Positions 46,612 through 55,528 of a DNA stretch of 64,000 nt are shown piece by piece. The notes beneath the pieces were generated by a model. It did not search any database, was not told the DNA's origin, and worked only from the letters and a program-made list of their open reading frames with translations. The DNA is taken from the IMG/VR virus record IMGVR_UViG_3300032330_001742, positions 32,001 to 96,000 of that record. The stretch is one strand, 5' to 3'. A program made the position numbers and the translations under genes. Positions within the stretch are counted from its first letter, which is position 1; each line of letters begins with the position of its first letter. Origin of the DNA: a virus (lineage: Duplodnaviria; Caudoviricetes).

Positions 46612-46723
46612 ACAGTATTAAATAATTAAATAAGAAATCCTAGTGAGCCCTACATAGTAGGCAAATAACCTAGGTCAAGGAAAAAGATAACACAAGGTTA
46701 TCGAATTAAAGAAAGGTTATCAA

Positions 46724-46939
46724 ATGATAACACTAGATAAAAATAAAATCAAGTCCGCTAAGTACGGACATCTAACACTAGATGAGCGAATTCAAGTCGC
46801 TGCACAAATGATGGCTGATGGTCATGTCATCTCTTTCAGAGGTGCTAGTGCTGAAACCTATAAAAAGGTTCAGACTCTTGCTAATCGCATTAAGCAGGAA
46901 CGAGAGTTCCCATGGTGTCCATGTGAGGAGTGCCTCTAA
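46724..46939 (+). CDS. hypothetical protein
   Basis: SD AAAGG; ends CPCEECL. Confidence 0.6.
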   Translation: MITLDKNKIKSAKYGHLTLDERIQVAAQMMADGHVISFRGASAETYKKVQTLANRIKQEREFPWCPCEECL

Positions 46940-47410
46940 TGAATCCTTTTACATATCTAATAGACTTACTAGATGAGCATGACTATATGGGTCCTGTAGG
47001 TGCATTTATTGGTGTTGCTATTGCTATAGTAGTTGCGGTAGTGACACGCTAATGAACCTCTACCTATGCCCCTCATGTAACACCCTTGCTATTGTCACCT
47101 ATGACGGATATACTATTAACATTAACCCATGCACATGTATTAAGGAGAATAAATAAATGAAATGTATCGTTACTGATTGCGAATCAACAAGCCTAGTCTA
47201 CTCAGGCACAGACGCCTTTATGTTAGGTGTACCTACAGAGAAGGTATGCTATGCACACGCTAACATCTATGCACAGGTAAGCGCATTAGCGCATGCTTAG
47301 TGAATTAGATAGGCGTAGGGCACACCTCGCAAGCGGGGGAACAATAGAAAACTATGATAGAACACACTATCCACAATGGTATAAAGACAAATTAGAAAAG
47401 AGTATAACAA

Positions 47411-47605
47411 ATGATCAAAGTAAAACTAACATCAACATCAGGAACTACAAAGGAGATGACATTTGATAGCAAAGAAAATGTGCTTAAATTTATTGAAGAA
47501 TATCGTGCCATCCTTCCGATTGGAACTGCAGTTTGCATTGACGCACCAATCATTGGAATCCACAACGGATGGTTACAAGGTAAAAAAACACTAATGGGTG
47601 TGTAG
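47411..47605 (+). CDS. hypothetical protein, paralog of 45713
   Basis: VKLTSTSG..SK..V..FI..Y...LPIG. Confidence 0.6.
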   Translation: MIKVKLTSTSGTTKEMTFDSKENVLKFIEEYRAILPIGTAVCIDAPIIGIHNGWLQGKKTLMGV

Positions 47606-47623
47606 TATTAAACTCTAAGCGGT

Positions 47624-47659
47624 GGGTAGTGGGTGCTATTATGTGCTCACTATCTTTTT
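47624..47659 (+). terminator. terminator ending the rightward small-gene operon
   Basis: GGGTAGTGGGTGC-loop-GTGCTCACTATCT followed by TTTT. Confidence 0.55.
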
Positions 47660-47873
47660 GCGTTATTTGTTTTTAAATCATGTATCATGCATTTGGCAAA
47701 AATATTCAGATTTTAGCAAAAGTGAATTTTGAAAATTTTTTCAGATTTGTCGGTATAATAAATACATGGCAATATTAGAAAACTTAGAAAATGCATGGGA
47801 TGAAGAATTTCATTTTGAATCTAAGCCTATGCCTATTACTGACAATATGGGAAAAGAAAAGTTTTGGGAAGAT

Positions 47874-48191
47874 TTAGGCAGGCCCTAAACTAGCATACAT
47901 AATTTTGACAAAACTAGGATCACCTATGAAGTGATCTTGATTATTTCGACGGTATGCTAAGTTATAACTTTTATCTACAGAATCTGCTATATACCAATCA
48001 ATCACTTCTTCATTTACTTCTGATCTAAGGTTTGTTAAAACAATATATTTTTGACCTCTACGTAATGCTAAAACTCCAGATATCTCTGGTTTAAAATGAT
48101 CTGGCAGATCAAGGTTTGAAACCCAAGTGCATTTGTTAAATTTTTTACATTCGGGGGGACAAAAGGTGCAAACCCTACTTAATGAGTCCAT
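47874..48191 (-). CDS. truncated paralog of the YkgJ-like protein 30119
   Basis: P.ECKKF..CTW....LP..FKP...G, IDWYI, N..Y, FIG..F align with the C-half of 30119. Confidence 0.5.
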   Translation of the reverse strand: MDSLSRVCTFCPPECKKFNKCTWVSNLDLPDHFKPEISGVLALRRGQKYIVLTNLRSEVNEEVIDWYIADSVDKSYNLAYRRNNQDHFIGDPSFVKIMYASLGPA

Positions 48192-48363
48192 TTGAGTTCA
48201 ATGCATCATATAGCAACTCATTAGCATATACCAATTGAGGCATAGCCTGTTCCAACCATGGCTCAATATCAACATTTTGCTCTGATGCCATCTTCTTATT
48301 CCACTCAACGACTGTTTGAGTCATTAAATTAACTACTTCTTGTTTATCCAATTTAATCTCCAT
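48175..48363 (-). CDS. hypothetical protein
   Basis: Helical 62-aa ORF coupled to neighbours. Confidence 0.55.
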   Translation of the reverse strand: MEIKLDKQEVVNLMTQTVVEWNKKMASEQNVDIEPWLEQAMPQLVYANELLYDALNSNGLIK

Positions 48364-49046
48364 TATTGACACGGACCATTCATCATGGCTGCTTTTGCTC
48401 TTGAATTCATTAATAGTTTAGCATACTTTTCTGAGACATCGTTTGAATGGTCATCTCCATCAAGCCAATGCTCTTCTTCTAAAGGATTATCATCTAGGCT
48501 GCTATGTGTTTGACATAAGATAATATCGTAGTAATCTCCCTCTTGAAAATCATAGTCTGGTCTCCAATGGGCTTGGTGTGTACCGCTAAACCAAATACCC
48601 TTGTTTTTCTCCATAGTAAACTTTTCATCTTCTACATAAAAATCCCAATCAATGTTTGTATCTAGTTCTACAGTAAACATCAAAGCAACATGTGTTTCAG
48701 ATCTATCTTGGTGTGGCATCAATGAGGGCATTTCACCGCTTTCAAGCGTATATCTTGCCCATAGTATGCCTATATGCCCTACAGGAGCATTAGCCTCTTT
48801 TTCGAATTTCGAACGAATTTTATTTTCGACTTCTTTGGATAATCCAGGTAGTGGACCTTGGCGACGCTCCGAAAGAAAAACGACATTAAAACCATTGTTA
48901 GTATTTTTGCGGAAATGTTGCCATTTATCTCCCGAATCCTTAATTCCCATTTCCATGGTGTCGTTAATGGTCTTATAAATGGATGCGTATTCTTCTGTCG
49001 TAAAAAAATTTTTTTCTTCACGTGGGACGGTGGGCTCTATTATCAT
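48363..49046 (-). CDS. 2OG-Fe(II) dioxygenase-like protein
   Basis: ARY...PSLMPHQD, WDFYVE, FSGTHQAHWRP. Confidence 0.7.
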   Translation of the reverse strand: MIIEPTVPREEKNFFTTEEYASIYKTINDTMEMGIKDSGDKWQHFRKNTNNGFNVVFLSERRQGPLPGLSKEVENKIRSKFEKEANAPVGHIGILWARYTLESGEMPSLMPHQDRSETHVALMFTVELDTNIDWDFYVEDEKFTMEKNKGIWFSGTHQAHWRPDYDFQEGDYYDIILCQTHSSLDDNPLEEEHWLDGDDHSNDVSEKYAKLLMNSRAKAAMMNGPCQ

Positions 49047-49090
49047 AAAATCATTATACCACTATGCTATAATTATAAAGAACAAAGGAG

Positions 49091-49369
49091 ATGCCAATGG
49101 CATTAGAAAAGATGAGTTTTGTAGAAACCGATTGGTATACAACTCAAAATGAAACAAGTCAAGCAAGAGACTTTATTTTTAAAGACTTTTGTGACTATAT
49201 TATCGTAGTAAAGACATTTGCTGATAAATCAGACAATACCGTTCTACAGCGCACAGATGTAATTCACATCGACTCTAACCACGGTGGAGTTAATCACAAG
49301 AAGATCTCAGAACTTGATCCTCCGCTAATTGCTGCGTTGGATGCTGCGAACTTCCCTTATATCAAGTAA
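49091..49369 (+). CDS. hypothetical protein
   Basis: Own TGCTATAAT promoter and AGGAG SD. Confidence 0.6.
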   Translation: MPMALEKMSFVETDWYTTQNETSQARDFIFKDFCDYIIVVKTFADKSDNTVLQRTDVIHIDSNHGGVNHKKISELDPPLIAALDAANFPYIK

Positions 49370-49985
49370 AAAATTTACTTACATAGAAGTCCGCTTTTGT
49401 TTGCATTGTTGCTCTATGAGCATCATCTAACATTAGCGGATTTTCTGTATCCTCATAAACTTGGCAGACAATGATGTCGTAATAGTCCGAATTGTCGAAT
49501 TCTATATCTGGTCGCCAATGTATTTGGTGGCTTCCAGAAAATAAGACTGCTTGATTGTATTTCAAATCAAATTTATTTCCTTCTATATATAAGTCCCAAG
49601 GCTTAGTATGTTTTAACTGAATGCTTAGTGTGAATGAAGCCGATACCATACCAACATCATAGTGAGGCCTTAGAGAAGGCTTAGAACCCGATTCAAGGGT
49701 ATATCTTGGCATATGGTTGCCGTCTTCTTTTACGTATATAGGAACCCTTTTTGCTATTTCATTTAAAATTTTTCTTCTAATATTGTATTCAAAAGGGTAA
49801 ACACATGTTATGTACCCACAAGATGGATCTGTAAAAACATAATCACTTCCATCTCCATTTTTTTTACCAGGAGCAAGTTCAAACCTTGTTTTATAAATGC
49901 TTTCAATTTCTTCTTCGGTAAAAATATTATCTATTAGAATTGGTTTAAAATTAAAAAATGTATCTTTATTGTTCTGTATGGTCAT
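49362..49985 (-). CDS. 2OG-Fe(II) dioxygenase-like protein
   Basis: PSLRPHYD, WDLYIEG, FSGSHQIHWRP. Confidence 0.7.
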   Translation of the reverse strand: MTIQNNKDTFFNFKPILIDNIFTEEEIESIYKTRFELAPGKKNGDGSDYVFTDPSCGYITCVYPFEYNIRRKILNEIAKRVPIYVKEDGNHMPRYTLESGSKPSLRPHYDVGMVSASFTLSIQLKHTKPWDLYIEGNKFDLKYNQAVLFSGSHQIHWRPDIEFDNSDYYDIIVCQVYEDTENPLMLDDAHRATMQTKADFYVSKFFT

Positions 49986-50637
49986 GCCATTGCCTCAAAT
50001 CCATATCACGGTACATAGAATCTTTTTTGTCAAAATATTCTTGATCTATTGGCCATGCCGTAGTTCCTACAAAATCAAAATGCAAAACCATTATATCGTA
50101 AAAGTCTTCTTTGCTAAATTCTACTATTCTTGGTCTCCAGTGAGGGTATAGATTTGCAGAAAAGAATAAAGCCTGATTATCTTTTAAACTCCACCGATTT
50201 TTCTCTACACCTACATCCCATTCAACAGTAGATTTTAATTTTGATGTTAGCGACATTCTATAATTTTCTCCAAATTTTGCCTCATCAAGATGTGGTGGCA
50301 ATCCTGGAAAAAACCCAGACTCTCTAGAATATCTAGCAAAGTATCCACCTAAATTTTTTATTTCTTTTCCTAAAATATTAGATATTCTATTTCTTAGATC
50401 TTGCAAAAGTATATCGACTGTTGCATCATTACCAACATAGCCTTTGCCATCATGTTTGGGAAGAGGAAGCCTTTGCATACCATTTTGGTGAATAAAAAAG
50501 TATTTGTATTTATCACCTTCGGACTCTCCTAAAGTGGTTGTTTCTTCTACTATTGCATATATATCTTTTAGATTTTGTTCAGAAAATAAATCATCATGAA
50601 TTACTGGAGGAGTATTTAAAAGTTCCTTTGCATTCAT
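49966..50637 (-). CDS. 2OG-Fe(II) dioxygenase-like protein
   Basis: PGLPPHLD, WDVGVE, HWRP. Confidence 0.7.
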   Translation of the reverse strand: MNAKELLNTPPVIHDDLFSEQNLKDIYAIVEETTTLGESEGDKYKYFFIHQNGMQRLPLPKHDGKGYVGNDATVDILLQDLRNRISNILGKEIKNLGGYFARYSRESGFFPGLPPHLDEAKFGENYRMSLTSKLKSTVEWDVGVEKNRWSLKDNQALFFSANLYPHWRPRIVEFSKEDFYDIMVLHFDFVGTTAWPIDQEYFDKKDSMYRDMDLRQWHDHTEQ

Positions 50638-50640
50638 TTT

Positions 50641-50841
50641 TTACCACTTTCCTATTGGGCATTTTGCTTGTTTCAGTGTAGATTTTAATTTCATAAAGCA
50701 TCCACATTTTTTACATTTAATAAGTCTTTTATTAAACCATCCACAATCATTACAAATTGCTAAGCGAGATTCAATTAGTTCCTTGTCACTTCTTGGTTGA
50801 CTTGGATCAAATAAATCGGTAAACTTAACATCTTCTGCCAT
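50641..50841 (-). CDS. small Cys-rich protein
   Basis: RLAICNDC...CKKCGCFM.LK......CPIGKW. Confidence 0.7.
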   Translation of the reverse strand: MAEDVKFTDLFDPSQPRSDKELIESRLAICNDCGWFNKRLIKCKKCGCFMKLKSTLKQAKCPIGKW

Positions 50842-50888
50842 ATTTATATAATACCATATTTTAAATAATCTAGTTATAATATATCATT

Positions 50889-51143
50889 ATGACACCTGCA
50901 GACTGGGCTGGACTTATTGTTAGCGTAACTACTATAGTTGCATCTATTGCATATGGTATTAAGTGGTTAACAAAACACTATTTGCAAGAATTAAAACCCA
51001 ATGGTGGTTCAAGTTTAAAAGACTCAGTTAGACGCCTAGAGGAAAAAATATTAGAAGCAGATGAGCAGCGTTGCCGCATGGATCAAAAATTAGATAAGAT
51101 GTATGATGTTTTGCTAGAGCATATTGCTTCAAATAATAAATAA
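50889..51143 (+). CDS. single-TM protein of the phage lysis-cassette type
   Basis: TM followed by ELKPNGGSSLKD and a coiled coil. Confidence 0.6.
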   Translation: MTPADWAGLIVSVTTIVASIAYGIKWLTKHYLQELKPNGGSSLKDSVRRLEEKILEADEQRCRMDQKLDKMYDVLLEHIASNNK

Positions 51144-51144
51144 A

Positions 51145-51831
51145 TCAATACTGTAGATGGTTGTTTGGCAATTCATCTACGTGATATTGATGATCTCTAT
51201 TAAAGAAATATTGAGTAGAATATCTAGATCCACTTTTTACTGGTTCAATGTTATGGTATATGTGTGAAGGGAAAACAACCATATCTCCAGCAACTGGCTT
51301 ATACACATATGGTGGCTTTAATACATAAGGATTATTTAGATCTTGTTCTGACATCTCATTTTCTTGTTCTAGAGTTGGATCAATAAAATTCAACTCCCCA
51401 CCTTCAAAATCATCATTCCAATAGAATACACACGACATAGTGATAGCAGTCATTCCGCCTTCTAGTCCAAAGTGTTTGGTATATGTTCCAGTTGGAATAT
51501 CTCTATGTGTTCCCAACCACATGCCCTCAATTCTTTTATCGACAGTTAGCATTTCTTGTCCATATGTTTCTAGATAGTTTGGTTTTTCTAATTTGATGTC
51601 ATCTTTTTCTAGTTCAAAGTCTCTAGTGATTTTTGGAAGTATTGTGTTATGAGCCATCAAAACTGCTTTTGCTACTGGCACAGGCAAAAACTCTCTTAGT
51701 TGCAAAACTGGAGTATCAGTACAAACACTTTGTGTTAAAATTTCATTTGGGTAAAGTTCAAACATTTCCATAGATCTTTTTATGATAGACTGATCTATTG
51801 TGTTCTTATAAATTCTAACTTGGTTTTTCAT
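51145..51831 (-). CDS. 2OG-Fe(II) dioxygenase (P4H-like)
   Basis: HRD, YWNDDFEGGEL, FPS..YH.IEPV.SG.RY. Confidence 0.85.
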   Translation of the reverse strand: MKNQVRIYKNTIDQSIIKRSMEMFELYPNEILTQSVCTDTPVLQLREFLPVPVAKAVLMAHNTILPKITRDFELEKDDIKLEKPNYLETYGQEMLTVDKRIEGMWLGTHRDIPTGTYTKHFGLEGGMTAITMSCVFYWNDDFEGGELNFIDPTLEQENEMSEQDLNNPYVLKPPYVYKPVAGDMVVFPSHIYHNIEPVKSGSRYSTQYFFNRDHQYHVDELPNNHLQY

Positions 51832-52040
51832 ATTTTGATTATACCATATTTACTATATATAATATATATTATATAAACCCTTTAGAGATAGTTCTTTTTC
51901 TTATATATATTAAAGTATACACTATTGATAACTGTGACAAATATATCTATAACCTGACAAAATGGACATTATGAATTGTAACAATTTGGTAAACTTTTAT
52001 ATCAATGTCCAAATAGTCCTGATATGATATACTTTTAAAG

Positions 52041-52086
52041 TACCTAGGATAGTCTCATCATACCCACCTATCCTAGGTATTTTTTT
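52041..52086 (+). ncRNA. promoter-driven stand-alone hairpin or terminator
   Basis: TACCTAGGATAG-15 nt loop-CTATCCTAGGTA-T7, directly after TGATATACT. Confidence 0.45.
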
Positions 52087-52111
52087 GTAATTTAATGGTA
52101 TAATCAATGTT

Positions 52112-52489
52112 ATGACTATGTGTGGACCTGAAATTTTTGGTGCTAACCCAGTAAAAATTAAATGGAATGTTGTTAGAGGAGACTCTGCGTCCTTGAGAGT
52201 AGAGTTTTTAGAAAATGATGAACAGACTCGTTTTTCTACATCTGGATGGACATATAAAGCAAGTGCGTATGATCCAAAAGGTGACACAATTGATGAATTA
52301 GAAGTTGTCTCACATAATGGATATATTGATATAAAAGCAACTCCAGAAATTACTCAGTATTGGGGTACTGGATATACAACACAGGTAGCAGAACTAACCT
52401 TTGATCTTGAAGTAACAATTGACGAAGTAACTTGGACACCAGTAATTGGAACTGTTCTTGTTTATGGTGATATTTCGGGGTCACTATAA
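52112..52489 (+). CDS. virion/tail-associated Ig-like protein
   Basis: WNVVRGDS...FDLEV...WTPVIGT; related to 53322 and 60973. Confidence 0.55.
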   Translation: MTMCGPEIFGANPVKIKWNVVRGDSASLRVEFLENDEQTRFSTSGWTYKASAYDPKGDTIDELEVVSHNGYIDIKATPEITQYWGTGYTTQVAELTFDLEVTIDEVTWTPVIGTVLVYGDISGSL

Positions 52490-52584
52490 TGGCAGTAGTA
52501 AGAGTTACAACACCTAGGCCAGAATTACCACCAGTAATAAAAATTGAAAACAAAACTTATAAAATAAATAAGTAGAGGAGAATT

Positions 52585-53304
52585 ATGGTTTCTAAAAGTG
52601 TAGATTTTCCTAAAAGTGCATATGCTTCTCAGGTTCTTCAACAACAAACGCCATCTACAGATGTAGCAACATACATACCAGTACCTGGGCCAGAAGGACC
52701 AAGAGGTTTACAAGGGCCAAAGGGGGAGCCAGGAAAAGATGGTGCTCCAGGAAAAGATGGAGAACGTGGACCAAAAGGGGATAAAGGGTTTAAAGGTGAT
52801 CCAGGACAAAGTTCATTATCTTCTTCTGGACAACAAGCAGGTTGGGCTTCTTATACAAATTTAAATTCACCAGAAGCAAGGCTTGGTATTTCTAAAGGTG
52901 ATGATGGATGGGTATCACTTGAACTTGCAGAAAAGGGATCAGTTAAAAATGAAACATTTATGCCAAGTTCTTCATTTGGAACAAGCCTATACAATTTTAA
53001 CTCAAAATCTTTAACATTTAAACCATTAGAGATTGGCTCGATTGTAAATGTTACATATAATTTTGAATTAACCACATATACAAATAATACAGAAGTTTGG
53101 TTTAGAACAAATTTCCCACTAGCAAAATCTTCAGCATCTAAACTTGTTGGGTCTTTTAAGTATCAATACGTTTATGATATTTCTGTAGATCAACAGTTCT
53201 TTATTGAAAATCAAGGTATTTGGGGGTCTGGAGGAGTACCACAAATAAGAACAGATTTTGATGCAATAGCAATTTTAAAAAGCATATATGTTTCTGTTGT
53301 CTGA
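52585..53304 (+). CDS. collagen-like repeat protein (fiber)
   Basis: Contiguous Gly-X-Y run GPEGPRGLQGPKGEPGKDG... Confidence 0.85.
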   Translation: MVSKSVDFPKSAYASQVLQQQTPSTDVATYIPVPGPEGPRGLQGPKGEPGKDGAPGKDGERGPKGDKGFKGDPGQSSLSSSGQQAGWASYTNLNSPEARLGISKGDDGWVSLELAEKGSVKNETFMPSSSFGTSLYNFNSKSLTFKPLEIGSIVNVTYNFELTTYTNNTEVWFRTNFPLAKSSASKLVGSFKYQYVYDISVDQQFFIENQGIWGSGGVPQIRTDFDAIAILKSIYVSVV

Positions 53305-53321
53305 CGTGGTATAATAATTCT

Positions 53322-53756
53322 ATGGCATTTCCAGCAACTTATAACTTTTCTTACTATAAAGGTGATACCTTAGAGTTTAACATCTACCCTAAAAAGGCAG
53401 ACGGAACAGTTTTTGATTTATCTCCATTTTTGCCATCCTATGATAATGATAATAATCAATCAACGCCAAATATCGTTTATGATACCTCAAAGTTTGTTTT
53501 TTCTTTATCTAGGGGCTCTTCTGGCACTTCCTCTCAAGTAACTTGTTTTTCAAAAATATCTAATGATGCAACACACATACTGTGTGCAATTAGGCCAGCA
53601 GACTCAGTTTCAATGGTTGCAGGAACACAGTATGTTTATGATGTTCAAGTTTCTACAAATACCTCTTCTAATGGCTATCCAATTGTCCATACACTTTTGA
53701 CAGGGGTAATAACAGTAACTGATCAAGTGGCAACAGGATATGGAACTCCAAACTAA
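53322..53756 (+). CDS. virion/tail-associated protein
   Basis: YKGDT..F, YVYDVQV, TLLTGVITVTDQV (BppU-N-like). Confidence 0.55.
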   Translation: MAFPATYNFSYYKGDTLEFNIYPKKADGTVFDLSPFLPSYDNDNNQSTPNIVYDTSKFVFSLSRGSSGTSSQVTCFSKISNDATHILCAIRPADSVSMVAGTQYVYDVQVSTNTSSNGYPIVHTLLTGVITVTDQVATGYGTPN

Positions 53757-54346
53757 TGGTAGATGTAATACTTTCCAATGAAGATTTAAGTATTTTGGGT
53801 GGTCCAGAAACAGTAAATGTTGAAGTTGATTTTGGTGCAACTGGATCACGAGGAAGCAGAATATTTGTTAATTATGGCCAACCAGTAGTAGGGATTGATG
53901 GTCTTACATCACTAGCCCCAGACTGCAATCTATTTGACCTCTATATAAATATTCAAAGTACAGATGATGAATATCAGTTTGTTTATCAATATCAAAATGT
54001 TCTTGGCACATTAACTTGGGTTAAACTTTTTAAACTAGTATCAACTATTCATAGCAAAAATTATTCAGATACTTCTTTTGTATCTGGAACATGGACAAAA
54101 AATATTCCAGTAATAGATGTTTTGCCTTTAGATTTTGTTGGAACAGCAGAATCTGCCAACTTTAATATTCAATATACTATACTAGGTGAAAATCCAATTG
54201 CTTCATCTTTATCTATAGCAGAAATATCAACATCTAGCGGAGCACTGGTATTGCCTTTAACTATCAAAGCAAAAGAGTTTGTTGATGGGGCCTGGTCTAG
54301 TTTGTCTGGTACAAAAACAGTACAACTCTTTATTACTATGGTATAA
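53756..54346 (+). CDS. virion structural protein
   Basis: VDFGATGSRGS motif; structural-gene context. Confidence 0.55.
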   Translation: MVDVILSNEDLSILGGPETVNVEVDFGATGSRGSRIFVNYGQPVVGIDGLTSLAPDCNLFDLYINIQSTDDEYQFVYQYQNVLGTLTWVKLFKLVSTIHSKNYSDTSFVSGTWTKNIPVIDVLPLDFVGTAESANFNIQYTILGENPIASSLSIAEISTSSGALVLPLTIKAKEFVDGAWSSLSGTKTVQLFITMV

Positions 54347-54354
54347 TCTTATGT

Positions 54355-54780
54355 ATGGCTACAGAAAATATAGGCTCTTTATACCCAACTAAAATCCCTG
54401 GATTTGATGAACCAGCCGATATTCAGGCAGCCCTTAAACTTTATCATTATGGAACAACAGAAACAGTTTCTACAACAAATGACATTGTTGCTAATTCAGT
54501 AACTGGACATTTTAAGGCATTGGATGAAAGAGTTTCTGATCTTGAGTCTGATGGAATTGGATCTTCTATTTTATCTTCACAGCCAACAGGCGTACACGAT
54601 GGTTATATTTGGATTGATTCTACAAGTTCTGGAACAAGTCAGGTTCAATATGCACAAGCATCTTATCAGACCTCAGAACCAACAACTCCAACAATGGGAG
54701 CACTTTGGGTTGATTCAGATAGTACACCATTAACACTTTATGTTTGGTCTGGATCTGCATGGAGAGAGATTGGTGCATAA
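54355..54780 (+). CDS. tail-fiber-associated protein
   Basis: ADIQAALKLYHYG; P..G.LWVDSD; YVWSGSAW. Confidence 0.55.
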   Translation: MATENIGSLYPTKIPGFDEPADIQAALKLYHYGTTETVSTTNDIVANSVTGHFKALDERVSDLESDGIGSSILSSQPTGVHDGYIWIDSTSSGTSQVQYAQASYQTSEPTTPTMGALWVDSDSTPLTLYVWSGSAWREIGA

Positions 54781-54891
54781 TGGCTAAAGAAAAAACAACA
54801 GAAGAACAACTTCGTGAAAGCGGTATAGCAAAATTAATTTCTGCTACACAAATCACAGAAGCAGAGTTAAGAGCACTGGGGTTGACATCAA

Positions 54892-55521
54892 ATGGCAGCA
54901 ATTGATAATAGCGGAAAAGTAGCATACATTTATAGTCAAGCAGATAATAAATGGTATTCAATTGCTGGAACAGTTAATCCAAATGCATCTTATACTTGGA
55001 CAGCAAACCAACAGTTTTCAGCACCAGTAAATTTTGATATGGTAATTAATGCAAAAGCAGGCGTAAATAATTTTGCTAATCCAACAGCAAGAGATGCAGC
55101 ACTTACATCTCCTACAAATGGTTTGGTTTGTTTTGTTAGACAAACAAACGCTGGATCAGTAATAAATCAAATTCAATATTACCACAATGGTGAGTGGAGA
55201 TGGATAGGAGATTCAGCAGATCTCTCTTTAAAGACATCTAGTTTTACAATTACAAAAGATGATGCTGGGAAAACATTAAATGTTAGTTCTTCTTCAGACG
55301 TTGTAGTAACAATACCAGCAAATAGCACAACACCTTTTATTAATGGACAAAAAGTTGAAATTGTAAGAACTGGAACAGGTAATGTTTCCATTGAGGGCGC
55401 AGTTGGAGTTACAATAAATAGTAAGAATTCAAATAAGAAAATTTCTTCACAATATGTTGGTTGTGTATTAGTTAAAATAGATACAAATACCTGGTTGCTA
55501 ATTGGCGATCTGACGGCGTAG
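54892..55521 (+). CDS. tail-fiber-associated protein
   Basis: ARDAALTSPTNG; VTIPANS..PF..G; K..TNTWLLIGDL. Confidence 0.65.
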   Translation: MAAIDNSGKVAYIYSQADNKWYSIAGTVNPNASYTWTANQQFSAPVNFDMVINAKAGVNNFANPTARDAALTSPTNGLVCFVRQTNAGSVINQIQYYHNGEWRWIGDSADLSLKTSSFTITKDDAGKTLNVSSSSDVVVTIPANSTTPFINGQKVEIVRTGTGNVSIEGAVGVTINSKNSNKKISSQYVGCVLVKIDTNTWLLIGDLTA

Positions 55522-55528
55522 GTAGAAG

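Noticed and set aside
46636-46682. Hammerhead-like junction (CTAGTGAG-CCCTAC-ATA-GTAGGC-AAA)
   Set aside because: The core lacks the invariant CUGAnGA and GAAA residues; at most a structured 5-prime UTR
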